Source: Candidatus Multivoradales bacterium
GTDB taxonomy: Bacteria > Acidobacteriota > Thermoanaerobaculia > Multivoradales > Multivoraceae
Direction: 5' to 3'
Assembly (NCBI GenBank): GCA_965223325.1
Contig: CBDCWI010000001.1
Coordinates: forward strand, 1,792,001 to 1,856,000
DNA: 64,000 bases
The notes beneath the pieces are model-generated. The model was given only the letters and a program-made list of their open reading frames with translations. It made no database searches and was not told the origin of the DNA. A program made the translations under genes and the position numbers. Numbering within the stretch: the stretch's first letter is position 1; every line of letters begins with the position of its first letter. Positions 38,458 through 48,963 of this stretch are shown here, piece by piece.

Positions 38458-40260
38458 TCAGTGCTCGTTGCTCGTTTCTCTGGCGGCCCGGCCGGTCGAC
38501 GCGCTCGACAGGCGCTGGCGCTCGAAAACCCGTCGCTCGCCGACTTCCGGTAAGGCGAACGGCGCAAAGGAAAGGGCCCCGTCCATCTGCAACCACAGGT
38601 AGCTCTCTGCTTCGAGCGCCCGCGGAAACTCGTAGTCGACGACCAGGGGTTGGCCACGCCGGTCGACCTCCTGGATCACGACATCGAAGTTCTCGAGGTC
38701 GACCTCGTCGCCAGGGGCAAAGGGCCGGCCGGTATCGCGAAACAGAAAAAACGGGAAGCCGCCGTCTGGCGCGACCCGCAGGGTCCGCTCGCCGGGGCGT
38801 TCGACGACGACCCGGACTGGCAGGCCCCGGTTGGATGAAAGCGCGTGGCTCGCGGCCGGAACCGGCAGGTCATGTAGCTCCCGGTAGATCCAGGAGTAGG
38901 TCGGAACGAAGTAGTTTGGTGAGTCGACGATGAAAGCGACCCTGTTCTCGACTTCTGCTGGATATTCCTGTGCCGTGAAGGCGGCCCCCATCGCACGCGA
39001 TCCCACGCCCAGACCTGCTGCGACCAGCAAGAAGACCAGCGGCGCTACAACCAGGTGCAGGCCGCCGAAGAGCCCAGTGAGCAAGCGGGCGTGACTCGAC
39101 CTGAGTGAGGCCAAGAGCTCGGCGAGGAGTGCGGCCCCGCCAATCCCGGCGAAGACCAACAAGCGACCGGCAGGAAAGGTCGCCGCCGCCGGTACCAGCG
39201 ACAGGAGCATGCCGAGGCCCCAGAACTTCGCTAGCGCCGACTCGCGCAGAACTCTTCGCAGGAGGAACAGGGTGCCCACCGAGAGCACCAGGGCCACCGT
39301 CCAGTGAACGACCTTTCCGGCAGGGGAATGGAAGTGAAACGGCTCGGCCGGCAGGTTGGTCAGCTGAGCAGCCAGCAAGACAGGAATTCGCGCCACCGCA
39401 GCGACCAGGAAGCGCACCGGCGAAACACCCGGGTCGACGTAGACCTCGGAGCCCAGGGCGCCGAAACCCATGGCGCGATAGGCCAGCCGCCACACCAGGA
39501 CGATGGCCGCATACGGCACCAGCGAGAGTGCACGCACCCGCCACGCGCCCTTCTCGAGGAAAAGGGCATAGCCGACGAGGTAGCCCAGGACGGCGAGCGC
39601 CCCCTCGTTGGCGAGCAGCGCAAGCGCCAAGGCGCCACCCGCCAGAACGGCGCCACGAGACCCGCCCTCGTCTCGCCAACGATGATGCAAGACAAGGCAG
39701 AGGAGCCCCAGAACGAGTCCGAGCAGCGCATTCCGGTTGGCGAGCCAAGCCACGGGCATGGCGTGCGCTTCATCGACGACGAACAGGAGCGTCGAAAGGC
39801 CAGCGCTCGCGCCACCGCCGCCGAGTCGCCTGTAGAGCACCATCGCCAGCACGATGGCAACGCAGTACCAGCCAAGACTCTGCGCGTGCATGAGCATCGC
39901 CTGTTCCGCCCATAGTGCATCGTCAACGACGTGCGTCAGAACGGTCACCGGGCGCCAGAAGTCGAGCAGGATGTCTTCCGCAGTCCACCACGGGAAGAAC
40001 CCACTCTCGATTGCACCTCGATTGAGCTCGAGATCGCCGCTCGTGAAGGTGAACATCCGGGCCGGCGAGGTCATGAACTGCGAAACCACACCTACGCCTT
40101 GAAAGGCCGAGCGGTGGGTCAGGTCGTCGAGGAACCATCCTCCCCAGAGCGACGGCAGGCCGAGCAGGATCCCGAGCGCAATGAAGGTGAACGAACCCCG
40201 TAGGAAAGGCCTGCCTGGAGTGCCCATTCGATCGTTTCTCGCCATGTTGTGGTCGGCCAC
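38458..40260 (-). CDS. Polytopic membrane protein, possible GT-C fold glycosyltransferase
   Basis: FLDD after TM1, FWRP, H..PVAW.ANR, E motif and more than 10 TMs. Confidence 0.65.
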   Translation of the reverse strand: MADHNMARNDRMGTPGRPFLRGSFTFIALGILLGLPSLWGGWFLDDLTHRSAFQGVGVVSQFMTSPARMFTFTSGDLELNRGAIESGFFPWWTAEDILLDFWRPVTVLTHVVDDALWAEQAMLMHAQSLGWYCVAIVLAMVLYRRLGGGGASAGLSTLLFVVDEAHAMPVAWLANRNALLGLVLGLLCLVLHHRWRDEGGSRGAVLAGGALALALLANEGALAVLGYLVGYALFLEKGAWRVRALSLVPYAAIVLVWRLAYRAMGFGALGSEVYVDPGVSPVRFLVAAVARIPVLLAAQLTNLPAEPFHFHSPAGKVVHWTVALVLSVGTLFLLRRVLRESALAKFWGLGMLLSLVPAAATFPAGRLLVFAGIGGAALLAELLASLRSSHARLLTGLFGGLHLVVAPLVFLLVAAGLGVGSRAMGAAFTAQEYPAEVENRVAFIVDSPNYFVPTYSWIYRELHDLPVPAASHALSSNRGLPVRVVVERPGERTLRVAPDGGFPFFLFRDTGRPFAPGDEVDLENFDVVIQEVDRRGQPLVVDYEFPRALEAESYLWLQMDGALSFAPFALPEVGERRVFERQRLSSASTGRAARETSNEH

Positions 40261-40377
40261 GCGCCCCCTTCCTAGGCGAGAAGGGTACTGGACCGAGACC
40301 CGCCTGCCTCGAAGCCCGCGATAGGCTCGACGTCAAGCGTCCCACAGTCAAAGCTCCCGAACCGAAAGGAGAACCCT

Positions 40378-40935
40378 ATGGTCTCTCTCGCGTCGCTGTG
40401 GCTGCCGATCCTTCTCTCGGCCGCGTTCGTGTTCCTGTTGAGTTCGATCGTTCACATGGTCTTGCCCTACCACCGAAGTGACTACGACAAGTTGCCCGAC
40501 GAAGATGCGGTCCTCGATGTCATGCGCAAGTCAGGAGTCGGGCAAGGCAACTTCTACCTCCCGCACGCCGTGACGCCGGCGGAGCAGCGCAGCGAAGAAG
40601 TGAAGGAGAAGCTCGCTCGGGGCCCTGTTGCCTTCATCAATGTGTGGCCTCCCGGCCCGGTCAACATGGGCAAGAGTCTGGGTAGCTGGTTCGTGTTCTG
40701 TGTCGTGGTGTCGATCTTTTGTGGGTACCTCGCATCGACGACCCTCGCGGCCGGAGCGGAGTACCTCTCCGTTTTTCGCGTCGCCGGAACGGCGGCGTTC
40801 ATGACCTTCGGCCTGGGAGAGATCACGAGCTCGATCTGGAAGGCGCAGAAGTGGTCGACGACCACAAAGAGCCTCTTTGACGGTCTGCTCTACGCGTTGG
40901 TTACTGCTGGGACATTTGCCTGGCTCTGGCCCTGA
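40378..40935 (+). CDS. Conserved hypothetical membrane protein
   Basis: ATG follows AAGGAG. Four hydrophobic segments and typical codon usage. Confidence 0.85.
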   Translation: MVSLASLWLPILLSAAFVFLLSSIVHMVLPYHRSDYDKLPDEDAVLDVMRKSGVGQGNFYLPHAVTPAEQRSEEVKEKLARGPVAFINVWPPGPVNMGKSLGSWFVFCVVVSIFCGYLASTTLAAGAEYLSVFRVAGTAAFMTFGLGEITSSIWKAQKWSTTTKSLFDGLLYALVTAGTFAWLWP

Positions 40936-40983
40936 GTTCCGAGTTCCCTCTGTAACGTTCCCCTCCCCTGCTCCTTTCCAATC

Positions 40984-43614
40984 GTGAACGAGGACCCCAC
41001 AGAACTCCCCGGCACCGACTCGCTGGCCGAAACCCGCCTCGAGTCGGGAAGTTCGGCGAAGGGTTCGGGAACGAGTGGTTCCGACCACCCGCGCTTTATT
41101 CCCGGCACTCTGGTCGCCGGCCGCTACCGAGTCGTCAGCCTGCTCGGGCGTGGCGGCATGGGCGAGGTCTATCGCGCCGACGATCTCGAGCTCGGAGAAA
41201 CGGTGGCGCTCAAGTTTCTGCCTGAGCACCTGGCCCGCGACCCGGCCCTTTTGCGCCGGATGCGCGACGAGGTGCGCCTGGCCCGTCGCGTCGCGAGCCC
41301 GCACGTCTGTCGGGTCTTTGACCTGACGGAGAACGACGGGCAACCGTTTCTTTCGATGGAGTGGGTCGACGGCGAAGATCTCTCTACCCTTCTGCGGCGG
41401 ATCGGGCGCCTGCCGGGTGACAAGGCGCTCGAAGTCGCCCGGCAGCTGTGTGTCGGCCTCGCGGCGGCACATGCCGAAGGCATCCTGCATCGCGATCTCA
41501 AACCCGCCAACGTCATGATCGACGGTCGCGGGCGGGCCAAGATCATGGACTTCGGCCTGGCGGTCCATGAATCACCCGACGACCCGGGGCAGGTGCGCGA
41601 AGGAACGCCCGCCTACATGGCACCCGAGCAACTTCGCGGCGAAGCGGTCACCGAGCGCAGCGACCTCTTCTCCCTGGGCCTGATCCTGCACGAGCTCACC
41701 ACCGGCCGCCCGGCCTTCGAGCCACGAAGCCTCGACGCTCTCAAAGAGCTGCACTCGTCTGGCTGGCAGCTCGATCGCACCTCGCAGTCGGGAGATCTCG
41801 ATCCGGTGCTCTCGCAGCTGATCGACCGCTGCCTGATGCCCGATCCCGAGGCGCGACCGCCCTCCGCCGTCGCCTTGCTGGGCGCGCTGCCTGGCCAGGA
41901 CCCACTGGCTGCCGCTCTCGCCGCTGGTGAAACACCCTCTCCAGAGCTGGTCGCTGCGGCCGAGGCTTCGCGCCCACTGTCGACACGTTGGGCACAGGCC
42001 CTCCTAGCGGCATTTGCCGTCACGCTGGTGGCCAACGCCTGGTTCTATCCGCGGCTTCACCCGATTGGGCGTTCAGCGCTACCGAAAGCACCGCTGGTGC
42101 TCGAAGAGAAGGCGCTCGAGATTCGACGGTCGTTTGGCTACGAGCCACTGCCCCATGATGCCTCGGGCCTCGATGTCGATCTCGACTACTTCGCGCACCT
42201 GCGCGAGAGCGACGATGCCGGCCGCTGGCAGCACCTCGAGACCGAAGACGCGCCGGCGATCACGTTCTGGAGCCGCGACAGCGAGAGAGTGCTCAATCCT
42301 GGCTACCCAGTGTGGCGCACAACCCCGACTTCTCCCCCACTGGGCCCAGGAATGACGCGTATCACCCTCACGCAGGAGGGCCGTCTAATCTCGTTCGAGG
42401 CGACTCCGCGCTCTCAACCAGCACATGCCAACGCGGTGTCGCCGGCACCAAACGACTGGCTGCCTCGAGCGCTCGAGGCTGCCGGGATCGAGCCCACGTC
42501 GCTGCGGGAGGCTCCGCCGACGCCCTATCCGAGCTCCTTCGCCGAACGACGTCGTCGGCTCACCGGGCCTGACCCCGCCGTCCCGGGGAGAGACCTCGAG
42601 ATCCATACGGCAACTCACGCCGCTCGACCCGTTCTTTTCAAGGTGCGACGGGCATGGCAACCAGAAGAGGCAACGGCTGGCGCGCGCGGGACCTGGGGAG
42701 TTCTTCAACCCATCATCGCCGGCATCACCGTCCTGGTGTTTGCGCTGGGGCTCTTCCTGGTGCGACGCAACTGGCGCTCGGGCCGCGGCGACCGTGAGGG
42801 CGCACGCCGACTCGGCCTCGCCGCCGGTCTCACCCATGCCGTCCTGTGGCTACTGGCCCACCCTCACGACGGCTCGCTCCTCGAGCAACTGACCGACGTC
42901 AGCCGGATCGGCGCCCACAGTTTGTGGCTCGGTGCCGTCTTTTGGTTCTGCTACCTGGCAATCGAACCGTCGTTGCGCCGCCGTCACCCGCAGATGCTGG
43001 TGTCCTGGACGCGCCTCTTGCAGGGGAGATGGAACGACCCACTGGTGGGGCGCGACGTGTTGTTGGGTGCGACTGCCCTCTTGTCTCTCAAGACGCTTTC
43101 CCTCGCGCTCCAGGAGATCAGCGTGCGAACCGGCATGAAGATTCCCATCAACGACGACCTCTGGATCTCCTCGATTGCTGGCATGCGGGCAACTGTCGAC
43201 ACGATCGACTCGGTGATCTTCGTCGCCCTCTCAAACGCCTTCGGCATTGCGTTTCTCTACCTCGCGCTGCTCTTGCTCCTCCGGAAACCTCGGCCCGCCG
43301 CGATCGCGCACGCCACACTGAGCGTGGTCGTGGTCACAGCGATCGGTGGCGACTGGACTAACCCCTGGATCCTCGTTCCGACCATTCTCACCAGTCTGGC
43401 GATCACCTGGCTCCTGGTGCGCATCGGCTTCCTGTGCTCCTTGGCGTTCTGGTTCATGCTCTTTCTGGTCGAAAAACTACCCCTGTCGACCGACTTCTCC
43501 ACCTGGTTCACGCCCTCGACGATGTTGACCTGGCTGATCGCCCTGGCGCTGGGCGCCTGGTGTTGGCGCGCCCTGGCGGGGGGCCGGTTGCATTCGACTC
43601 CCGGCATCCGGTGA
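40984..43614 (+). CDS. Hanks-type Ser/Thr kinase with periplasmic domain and multi-TM C-terminus
   Basis: GRGGMGEV, VALK, HRDLKPAN, DFG and GTPAYMAPE motifs. Confidence 0.95.
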   Translation: MNEDPTELPGTDSLAETRLESGSSAKGSGTSGSDHPRFIPGTLVAGRYRVVSLLGRGGMGEVYRADDLELGETVALKFLPEHLARDPALLRRMRDEVRLARRVASPHVCRVFDLTENDGQPFLSMEWVDGEDLSTLLRRIGRLPGDKALEVARQLCVGLAAAHAEGILHRDLKPANVMIDGRGRAKIMDFGLAVHESPDDPGQVREGTPAYMAPEQLRGEAVTERSDLFSLGLILHELTTGRPAFEPRSLDALKELHSSGWQLDRTSQSGDLDPVLSQLIDRCLMPDPEARPPSAVALLGALPGQDPLAAALAAGETPSPELVAAAEASRPLSTRWAQALLAAFAVTLVANAWFYPRLHPIGRSALPKAPLVLEEKALEIRRSFGYEPLPHDASGLDVDLDYFAHLRESDDAGRWQHLETEDAPAITFWSRDSERVLNPGYPVWRTTPTSPPLGPGMTRITLTQEGRLISFEATPRSQPAHANAVSPAPNDWLPRALEAAGIEPTSLREAPPTPYPSSFAERRRRLTGPDPAVPGRDLEIHTATHAARPVLFKVRRAWQPEEATAGARGTWGVLQPIIAGITVLVFALGLFLVRRNWRSGRGDREGARRLGLAAGLTHAVLWLLAHPHDGSLLEQLTDVSRIGAHSLWLGAVFWFCYLAIEPSLRRRHPQMLVSWTRLLQGRWNDPLVGRDVLLGATALLSLKTLSLALQEISVRTGMKIPINDDLWISSIAGMRATVDTIDSVIFVALSNAFGIAFLYLALLLLLRKPRPAAIAHATLSVVVVTAIGGDWTNPWILVPTILTSLAITWLLVRIGFLCSLAFWFMLFLVEKLPLSTDFSTWFTPSTMLTWLIALALGAWCWRALAGGRLHSTPGIR

Positions 43615-44318
43615 AGATCCTCTCTTGGAACATCCAACAGGGCGGTGGTCGACGGGTCACAGAAATTGGTGCGACGGTCACTGGCCTCGAGCCCGACGTG
43701 GTGGTCTTGGCCGAGTTTCGCAACAACGTTCGCGGTGAACGCCTCTGTGCGGATCTCGAGGCTGCCGGCTACACCCACCAGGTCACAACAAGCGCAGCAC
43801 CGCAAGTCAACTCAGTGCTGATTGCTTCGCAGCTTCCCGGTGAGCCGATCACCTGGGAGGCCGAAGGCGTTCTCTTCCACGGCTCGCTTGCAGTGCTCGA
43901 GCTCGAGGCACTCACCGTCTTCGGTCTCTATCTGCCGCACAAGAAAAAGCACGACCTCTTCGATCTTCTCCAGTGCGAGGCCACTCGCCGGCTCGAGACC
44001 GGCCGCCGCTTCGCACTGGTCGGGGACTTCAACACCGGGGTCAACGGAGTCGACCAGGCCGGCAACAGCTTCTGGTACACCCGTGAGCTCGAGCGGCTGC
44101 GCTCGGCCGGCACCATCGATGCGTTCCGTCACCTCCACGGCGATCTGCGTGAGTTCTCCTGGTGGAGCCACGGCGGCCGCGGCTATCGCTACGACCACTC
44201 CTGGGTCTCGAGAGACCTCGCTGTGGCAGTCAAACGCTGCTTGTATCTCCATGAGGTCCGCGAGGTGGGTCTGTCGGATCACTCGGCGATGTGGTTGGAG
44301 CTCTCACTTTCTTCTTGA
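43611..44318 (+). CDS. Endonuclease/exonuclease/phosphatase (ExoIII-like) family protein
   Basis: KILSWNI, DVVVLAE, GDFN, DAFR, RYDH and SDH motifs. GTGA overlap with the kinase gene. Confidence 0.9.
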   Translation: MKILSWNIQQGGGRRVTEIGATVTGLEPDVVVLAEFRNNVRGERLCADLEAAGYTHQVTTSAAPQVNSVLIASQLPGEPITWEAEGVLFHGSLAVLELEALTVFGLYLPHKKKHDLFDLLQCEATRRLETGRRFALVGDFNTGVNGVDQAGNSFWYTRELERLRSAGTIDAFRHLHGDLREFSWWSHGGRGYRYDHSWVSRDLAVAVKRCLYLHEVREVGLSDHSAMWLELSLSS

Positions 44319-45826
44319 CCCGTGCTGGTGGCAGCGACCTCGAAAGCAAGCTCTTCGAGTGCCTGCCAACCACCACCAAGAGCTCGATAGAGCAGAACAG
44401 CGCGTAGGGCATAGTCGGTCTCGGCGCGCGCCAGCGCGTCGTCAGAGGCGGTCTGGCTGCGCTGCGCATCGAGCAGCACCAGGTGGTCACGCAGACCCTC
44501 GTCATAGAGAACCTCGGCGTACTCCGAGGCGAGCGAGCTGGCCGCCGCGGCTTCTTGGAGAGACTGCAAGGCCTGGCCCGCCTCTTCGTACGCGACGTAG
44601 TTGGCTTCGACCTCGGCGAGCGCTGCAAGAACCGCCTGGCGATAGCTGGCAGAGGCCGCCGCGAGGCGTGCGCGAGCAGCCTCGACTCCAGCCTTGAGCT
44701 GACCGCCACGAAAGATCGGTAGATCGATCTGCGGTCCGAAGCTCCAGGTCCGGCTGGCGGTCTTGAACAAGTCCGATAGACGCGCAGCCTCCTGGCCCCG
44801 CGACCCACCGATGGTGATCCGCGGCAGCCGATCACCGATCGCCACCCCGACCTCAGCGGTCGCAGCGTGGAACTCTCGTTCGGCGGCGCGCAGATCGGGG
44901 CGTCGCCAAAGCAGATCCGCCGGCAGGCCGGCGGCGATGGCCGCGGGCGGTACCGGTACCGAAGCCTGATCCTCCAGGCCCGGACCCCCGAGAACATCCT
45001 CGAGGGAGTGCGGCAACTCGCCAACCAGGACGGCCAGGCGGTACTCAGCCGCCGCTCGCGCGGCGCGCAGGGGGGCAAGCGCTGCATGGAGCGAGGCACG
45101 CTGGGCAGTGGTGCGCTCACGATCGATAGGCGCAAGGAGGCCCGACTCGACCTTGGCGTCGATGACCTCGAGGCTCTCTTCTTGGATTCCGAGGTTGCGC
45201 TCAGCGAGGGCCAGACGCCGCTCGGCACCGCGCAGCTCGATGTAGGTACCGGCAGTTTCGGCAGCCACCAGGAGGACCGCGCCACGAAAAGATTCCTCGG
45301 CACCCTCGAGCCGTGCCTGCGAGGCTTCGCGGGCACGCCGCACGCGGCCGAAGAGATCGAGTTCCCAAGCGGCTTCGAAGCCGAAGGTAAAGAGCTCGTT
45401 CTCGAGTGACGCCAGACCCGCCTCGGCGAGCTCAGACAGAGGCCCTGGACCGTTGACGCTGGCCTTCGAGCGGCCACCGGTCGCCCGAGCATTCACCGCC
45501 GGCCACAACCGGCCACCCTGGGCCCGGCGTGCGGCGCGCGCCTCTTCGACACGGGCGAGTGCGACTTCGAGTTCCAGGTTCGAGGAAGCGGCCCGCTCGA
45601 CCAGTTCGGAAAGGACCGGGTCCTGGAAGCTCTGCCACCAGGCGATCTCGGCGTCGACTACCGCTGCCCGCTCGCCGACGCGTCCCGAGACTCGGGAGTC
45701 GCGACCGAGTGTCTCGGGAATGGGTGGTTCGATCGCCTGGTAGTTAGGCCCCACCGTGCAACCCACAAGGGCAAGAGCGACGGTGGCGGCCAGCGGCAGT
45801 CGGCGCGAGAGAGGGTGGGCGCTCAT
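44279..45826 (-). CDS. RND efflux outer-membrane lipoprotein (NodT/OprM family)
   Basis: Lipobox LVGC-TVGP, WELDLFGR, RRPD.RAAE and LYRALGGGW motifs. Confidence 0.95.
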   Translation of the reverse strand: MSAHPLSRRLPLAATVALALVGCTVGPNYQAIEPPIPETLGRDSRVSGRVGERAAVVDAEIAWWQSFQDPVLSELVERAASSNLELEVALARVEEARAARRAQGGRLWPAVNARATGGRSKASVNGPGPLSELAEAGLASLENELFTFGFEAAWELDLFGRVRRAREASQARLEGAEESFRGAVLLVAAETAGTYIELRGAERRLALAERNLGIQEESLEVIDAKVESGLLAPIDRERTTAQRASLHAALAPLRAARAAAEYRLAVLVGELPHSLEDVLGGPGLEDQASVPVPPAAIAAGLPADLLWRRPDLRAAEREFHAATAEVGVAIGDRLPRITIGGSRGQEAARLSDLFKTASRTWSFGPQIDLPIFRGGQLKAGVEAARARLAAASASYRQAVLAALAEVEANYVAYEEAGQALQSLQEAAAASSLASEYAEVLYDEGLRDHLVLLDAQRSQTASDDALARAETDYALRAVLLYRALGGGWQALEELAFEVAATSTGQEESESSNHIAE

Positions 45827-48800
45827 GCCAGCACTCCTTCATTGAGGTCGTGGAGCAAGACTTCTTCGGCCGCCCCCACAGTTTCTGGGGCGGCCTCACC
45901 ACGGTCCCTGAAGAGAAGAACGTAGGCTGCCGGCACGAAGATCAGAGCCAGAATGGTCGCCCCACCGACACCGCCGGCAAGCACAATCGCCAGGGACGGC
46001 CAGAACTCGCCGCCGATGAAGAGGAGCAACGGCAGAAAGCCACCCATGGTGGTGAGGGTTGTCGACAGCACGTGGCGAGAACAACCGAGCGTCTCTTCGA
46101 GGATCGCATCGCGGTCGCCGCGGATTGCGAGTGGGTTGTCGCGAACCGCCGCGAGCACGACAATGCTGTCGTTGAGCGCTACACCGATCAGTCCGAGGGT
46201 GCCGAGGATCGTGTTGAAACTGATCGGGAAACCCCAGGTCCAGGTTGCCAGAAGAGCCAAACCGACCGAGAGACCGCCGACGAAAACCAGAATCAGGGCG
46301 ACCCGCAGGCTTCTGAACACCAGAACCACCGCCGCCACCATGATGGTCAAGAGCACCGGAGCGTAGGTGAGCAGGTTGCCGACGGCTTCGCGATCTTCCT
46401 CGGACGAGCCACCCGACTCGATTCGATAGCCCGGTGGCAACTCGAACCCTGCGGCGTCGAGGGCCGCACGCACGTCGCGATCGACTTCGATCGGTAGAGC
46501 ACCGACCGCGGTGTAGCCGAGCACCGAGTTGCAGCGTTCGCCATCGAAACGTGACACGCCACCGCGCTCGGGGCGCAGTGACAAGTCGCCGAGGGCCTCG
46601 AGGGGGAGGGTCGCGCCGCGGCCGGTGAAGCGCAACGAGCTCACTGCATCGAGATTCCCACGCGTCTCGTCGAGACGTATACGTACCGGCAACTGCTCTA
46701 GATCCTCGAGTACAACGCCGCCGGACACCCCTTCGAGCCCGGTCTGCAGCTGGACGGCGAGATCGGTGAGGCTCAAGCCGGCGCGCTCGGCCTCGTTCTC
46801 GTCGGCCTCCAACCAGACCTTCGGTTCGCCGCGCGGAATGGTGACCTGCGTATGTAGAACGCCGGGATGCGACTGCAGCGCGAGTCGAACCTCTTCGCCG
46901 AGATCCTGGAGCCGATCGATCTCTGGCCCGAAGATGCGGTACTCGACGCCGGCCTCGACCGGCGGCCCCTGAGCGAACTTGCGCACCACAACCTGAGCGC
47001 CCGGGACCTCCCGATCGAGCTCGCGCTGCAGCTGGGGAACCAACCTCTCGGTCGAATCGGCAGTGTCGACGGTGATCACCCCGCGGGCGTAGTCGGGGCT
47101 TCCCGTCCTTCGCATCACCAGGTTGTAGTAGACGCTCGGAAACGAACCGCCGACCAACCAGTGCACGTGTTCGACCTCTGGATGGCTACGGATCCTGGCC
47201 TCGATCTGCCGGGCCACGCGGCGCGTCTTGTCGATCGACGAGTCGCTCGGCATCCACAACTCGATATCGAACATGTTGCGGTCGGTGGGGGGAAAGAAGG
47301 AACGCCCGAGCTGACTGCCGGCGACGAAGCCGAGAATCGGAATGAGGGCCGCAATGAGGAGAGGAATGACCGGCCGCCTGAGTCCCCTGCGCATCGCCGC
47401 TCCGAAACGAGATGAGAGCGCGGTTCCCGAGAGGCCATGCCGCCACCACACGCGACGATGCTCTTCGCCTTCGCGATAAAAGCTGCCGAAGCGCCCGGCG
47501 AGGGCGGCGATCACGGTCAGCGAGATCAGGAAGCTGGCGCCGATCGCCAGAATGACACTCACCCCGATGTAGCCAACGAAGTCGCCCGCCGGCCCCGGAA
47601 GCAGAACGATCGGCGCAAAGGCGAGAACCGTCGTCAAAGTAGAGGCAAACAGTGGACCGCGCAGGTGACGGCCGGTCTCGGCGACCGCCGTGGTGGCACT
47701 CATTCCCTGCTCGCGACGTTTTCGAATCTCGTCGACCACGACGATGGCGTTGTCGATCAAGAGCCCGAGCGCGATGATCATGCCGAAGATCGACATCTGA
47801 TGAATCTGCCCACCGAGAAGCGAAATGCCGAACAGAACCGCTGCGACCGTCAACGGCAGCGCAGCGCCCACGAGCATCGAGAGGCGCCAGCCCATGGTGA
47901 ACAACACGACGAACATGATCACCAGGGCACCGAGCATCATGTTGCCGACCAGCTCGCGCAGTCGCGCGCCGGTGTAGAGGTTCTGGTCGAAGACCGTCAC
48001 CAGCTCGATCGGACCGCCGAGGCGCGGTTCGAAGCCGGCGATCGCGGAGTCGGCCGCCGCTGCCCACTGACCGATGCGCTGCCCCGAGGCAGCCCGCGCC
48101 GAAACGAAAATCGCCCGTCGACCGTCGACCAGGCCGATGGCCTTGGGCGGATCGAGGACCCCGCGGGTCACCCGGGCGACATCGCCGAGTTGCAGCTGGG
48201 TCCCGTCGCCGTCGGCGAGAAGCGGCACGGCGCGGATTCGATCGAGGGTGTCCAGGGCACCGTCGACTTCCACCAGCATGGTCGAGTCACGCGACCGTAG
48301 GACGCCGGCCGGTCGACGGGAGTCGGAGGCCTGGGTTCGACGGGCGATATCGGCGACAGTCAAGCCAAGGCTCTCGAGCCTTTTGGGGTCGGCCAACACG
48401 GTGATCTCTTCGTCGACCCCCCCATAGACCCGCACCAGTTCGGTCTGTGGAACCGACCGCAAGGCATCGGCGAGGTCTTCCGCCAGCCGATACAGAACGC
48501 CCATCGGCGGCTCGCCGGCGCCCGTCCAGGCGAGCGCCACCGTACGGGTAAACGCCACCGGCTCGAGCGTGTCGTCAACCAATGGTTCGAGGGCTCCCGG
48601 TGGCAGACTGCTCGCAGCACTCCTGATCTTCGTGCGCACGCGAGCGAAAACGTCGTCGCGAGTCTCGGCGGTCACCGAATCGGCAAGCTCGACCGAGATG
48701 ATTGCCTGACCAGCGCGCGAGGTCGACTGGACGGTCTTGATCTCCTCGATCTCATCGAGAGCGTTCTCGAGCGGCTCGGCGATCAACGCCTCGACTCTCT

Positions 48801-48963
48801 CTGCCGATGCACCGGGGAACGGCGCGATGACGAGCGGGAAACGCCCGACAATGCGAGGGTCTTCGAGGCGCGGCAGGTTGATGAATGCAGACAACCCTGC
48901 CACCGCCAGGATCACGATTGTGAGCGCCAGCAGGTAGGGGTTGCGCATGAAGGGGCCGCTCAT
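45823..48963 (-). CDS. RND efflux permease (AcrB/AcrD/AcrF family)
   Basis: 1046 aa, GLLIDNAIVV, STLTT..AF.P and second-repeat N.SIV motifs. Confidence 0.95.
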   Translation of the reverse strand: MSGPFMRNPYLLALTIVILAVAGLSAFINLPRLEDPRIVGRFPLVIAPFPGASAERVEALIAEPLENALDEIEEIKTVQSTSRAGQAIISVELADSVTAETRDDVFARVRTKIRSAASSLPPGALEPLVDDTLEPVAFTRTVALAWTGAGEPPMGVLYRLAEDLADALRSVPQTELVRVYGGVDEEITVLADPKRLESLGLTVADIARRTQASDSRRPAGVLRSRDSTMLVEVDGALDTLDRIRAVPLLADGDGTQLQLGDVARVTRGVLDPPKAIGLVDGRRAIFVSARAASGQRIGQWAAAADSAIAGFEPRLGGPIELVTVFDQNLYTGARLRELVGNMMLGALVIMFVVLFTMGWRLSMLVGAALPLTVAAVLFGISLLGGQIHQMSIFGMIIALGLLIDNAIVVVDEIRKRREQGMSATTAVAETGRHLRGPLFASTLTTVLAFAPIVLLPGPAGDFVGYIGVSVILAIGASFLISLTVIAALAGRFGSFYREGEEHRRVWWRHGLSGTALSSRFGAAMRRGLRRPVIPLLIAALIPILGFVAGSQLGRSFFPPTDRNMFDIELWMPSDSSIDKTRRVARQIEARIRSHPEVEHVHWLVGGSFPSVYYNLVMRRTGSPDYARGVITVDTADSTERLVPQLQRELDREVPGAQVVVRKFAQGPPVEAGVEYRIFGPEIDRLQDLGEEVRLALQSHPGVLHTQVTIPRGEPKVWLEADENEAERAGLSLTDLAVQLQTGLEGVSGGVVLEDLEQLPVRIRLDETRGNLDAVSSLRFTGRGATLPLEALGDLSLRPERGGVSRFDGERCNSVLGYTAVGALPIEVDRDVRAALDAAGFELPPGYRIESGGSSEEDREAVGNLLTYAPVLLTIMVAAVVLVFRSLRVALILVFVGGLSVGLALLATWTWGFPISFNTILGTLGLIGVALNDSIVVLAAVRDNPLAIRGDRDAILEETLGCSRHVLSTTLTTMGGFLPLLLFIGGEFWPSLAIVLAGGVGGATILALIFVPAAYVLLFRDRGEAAPETVGAAEEVLLHDLNEGVLA

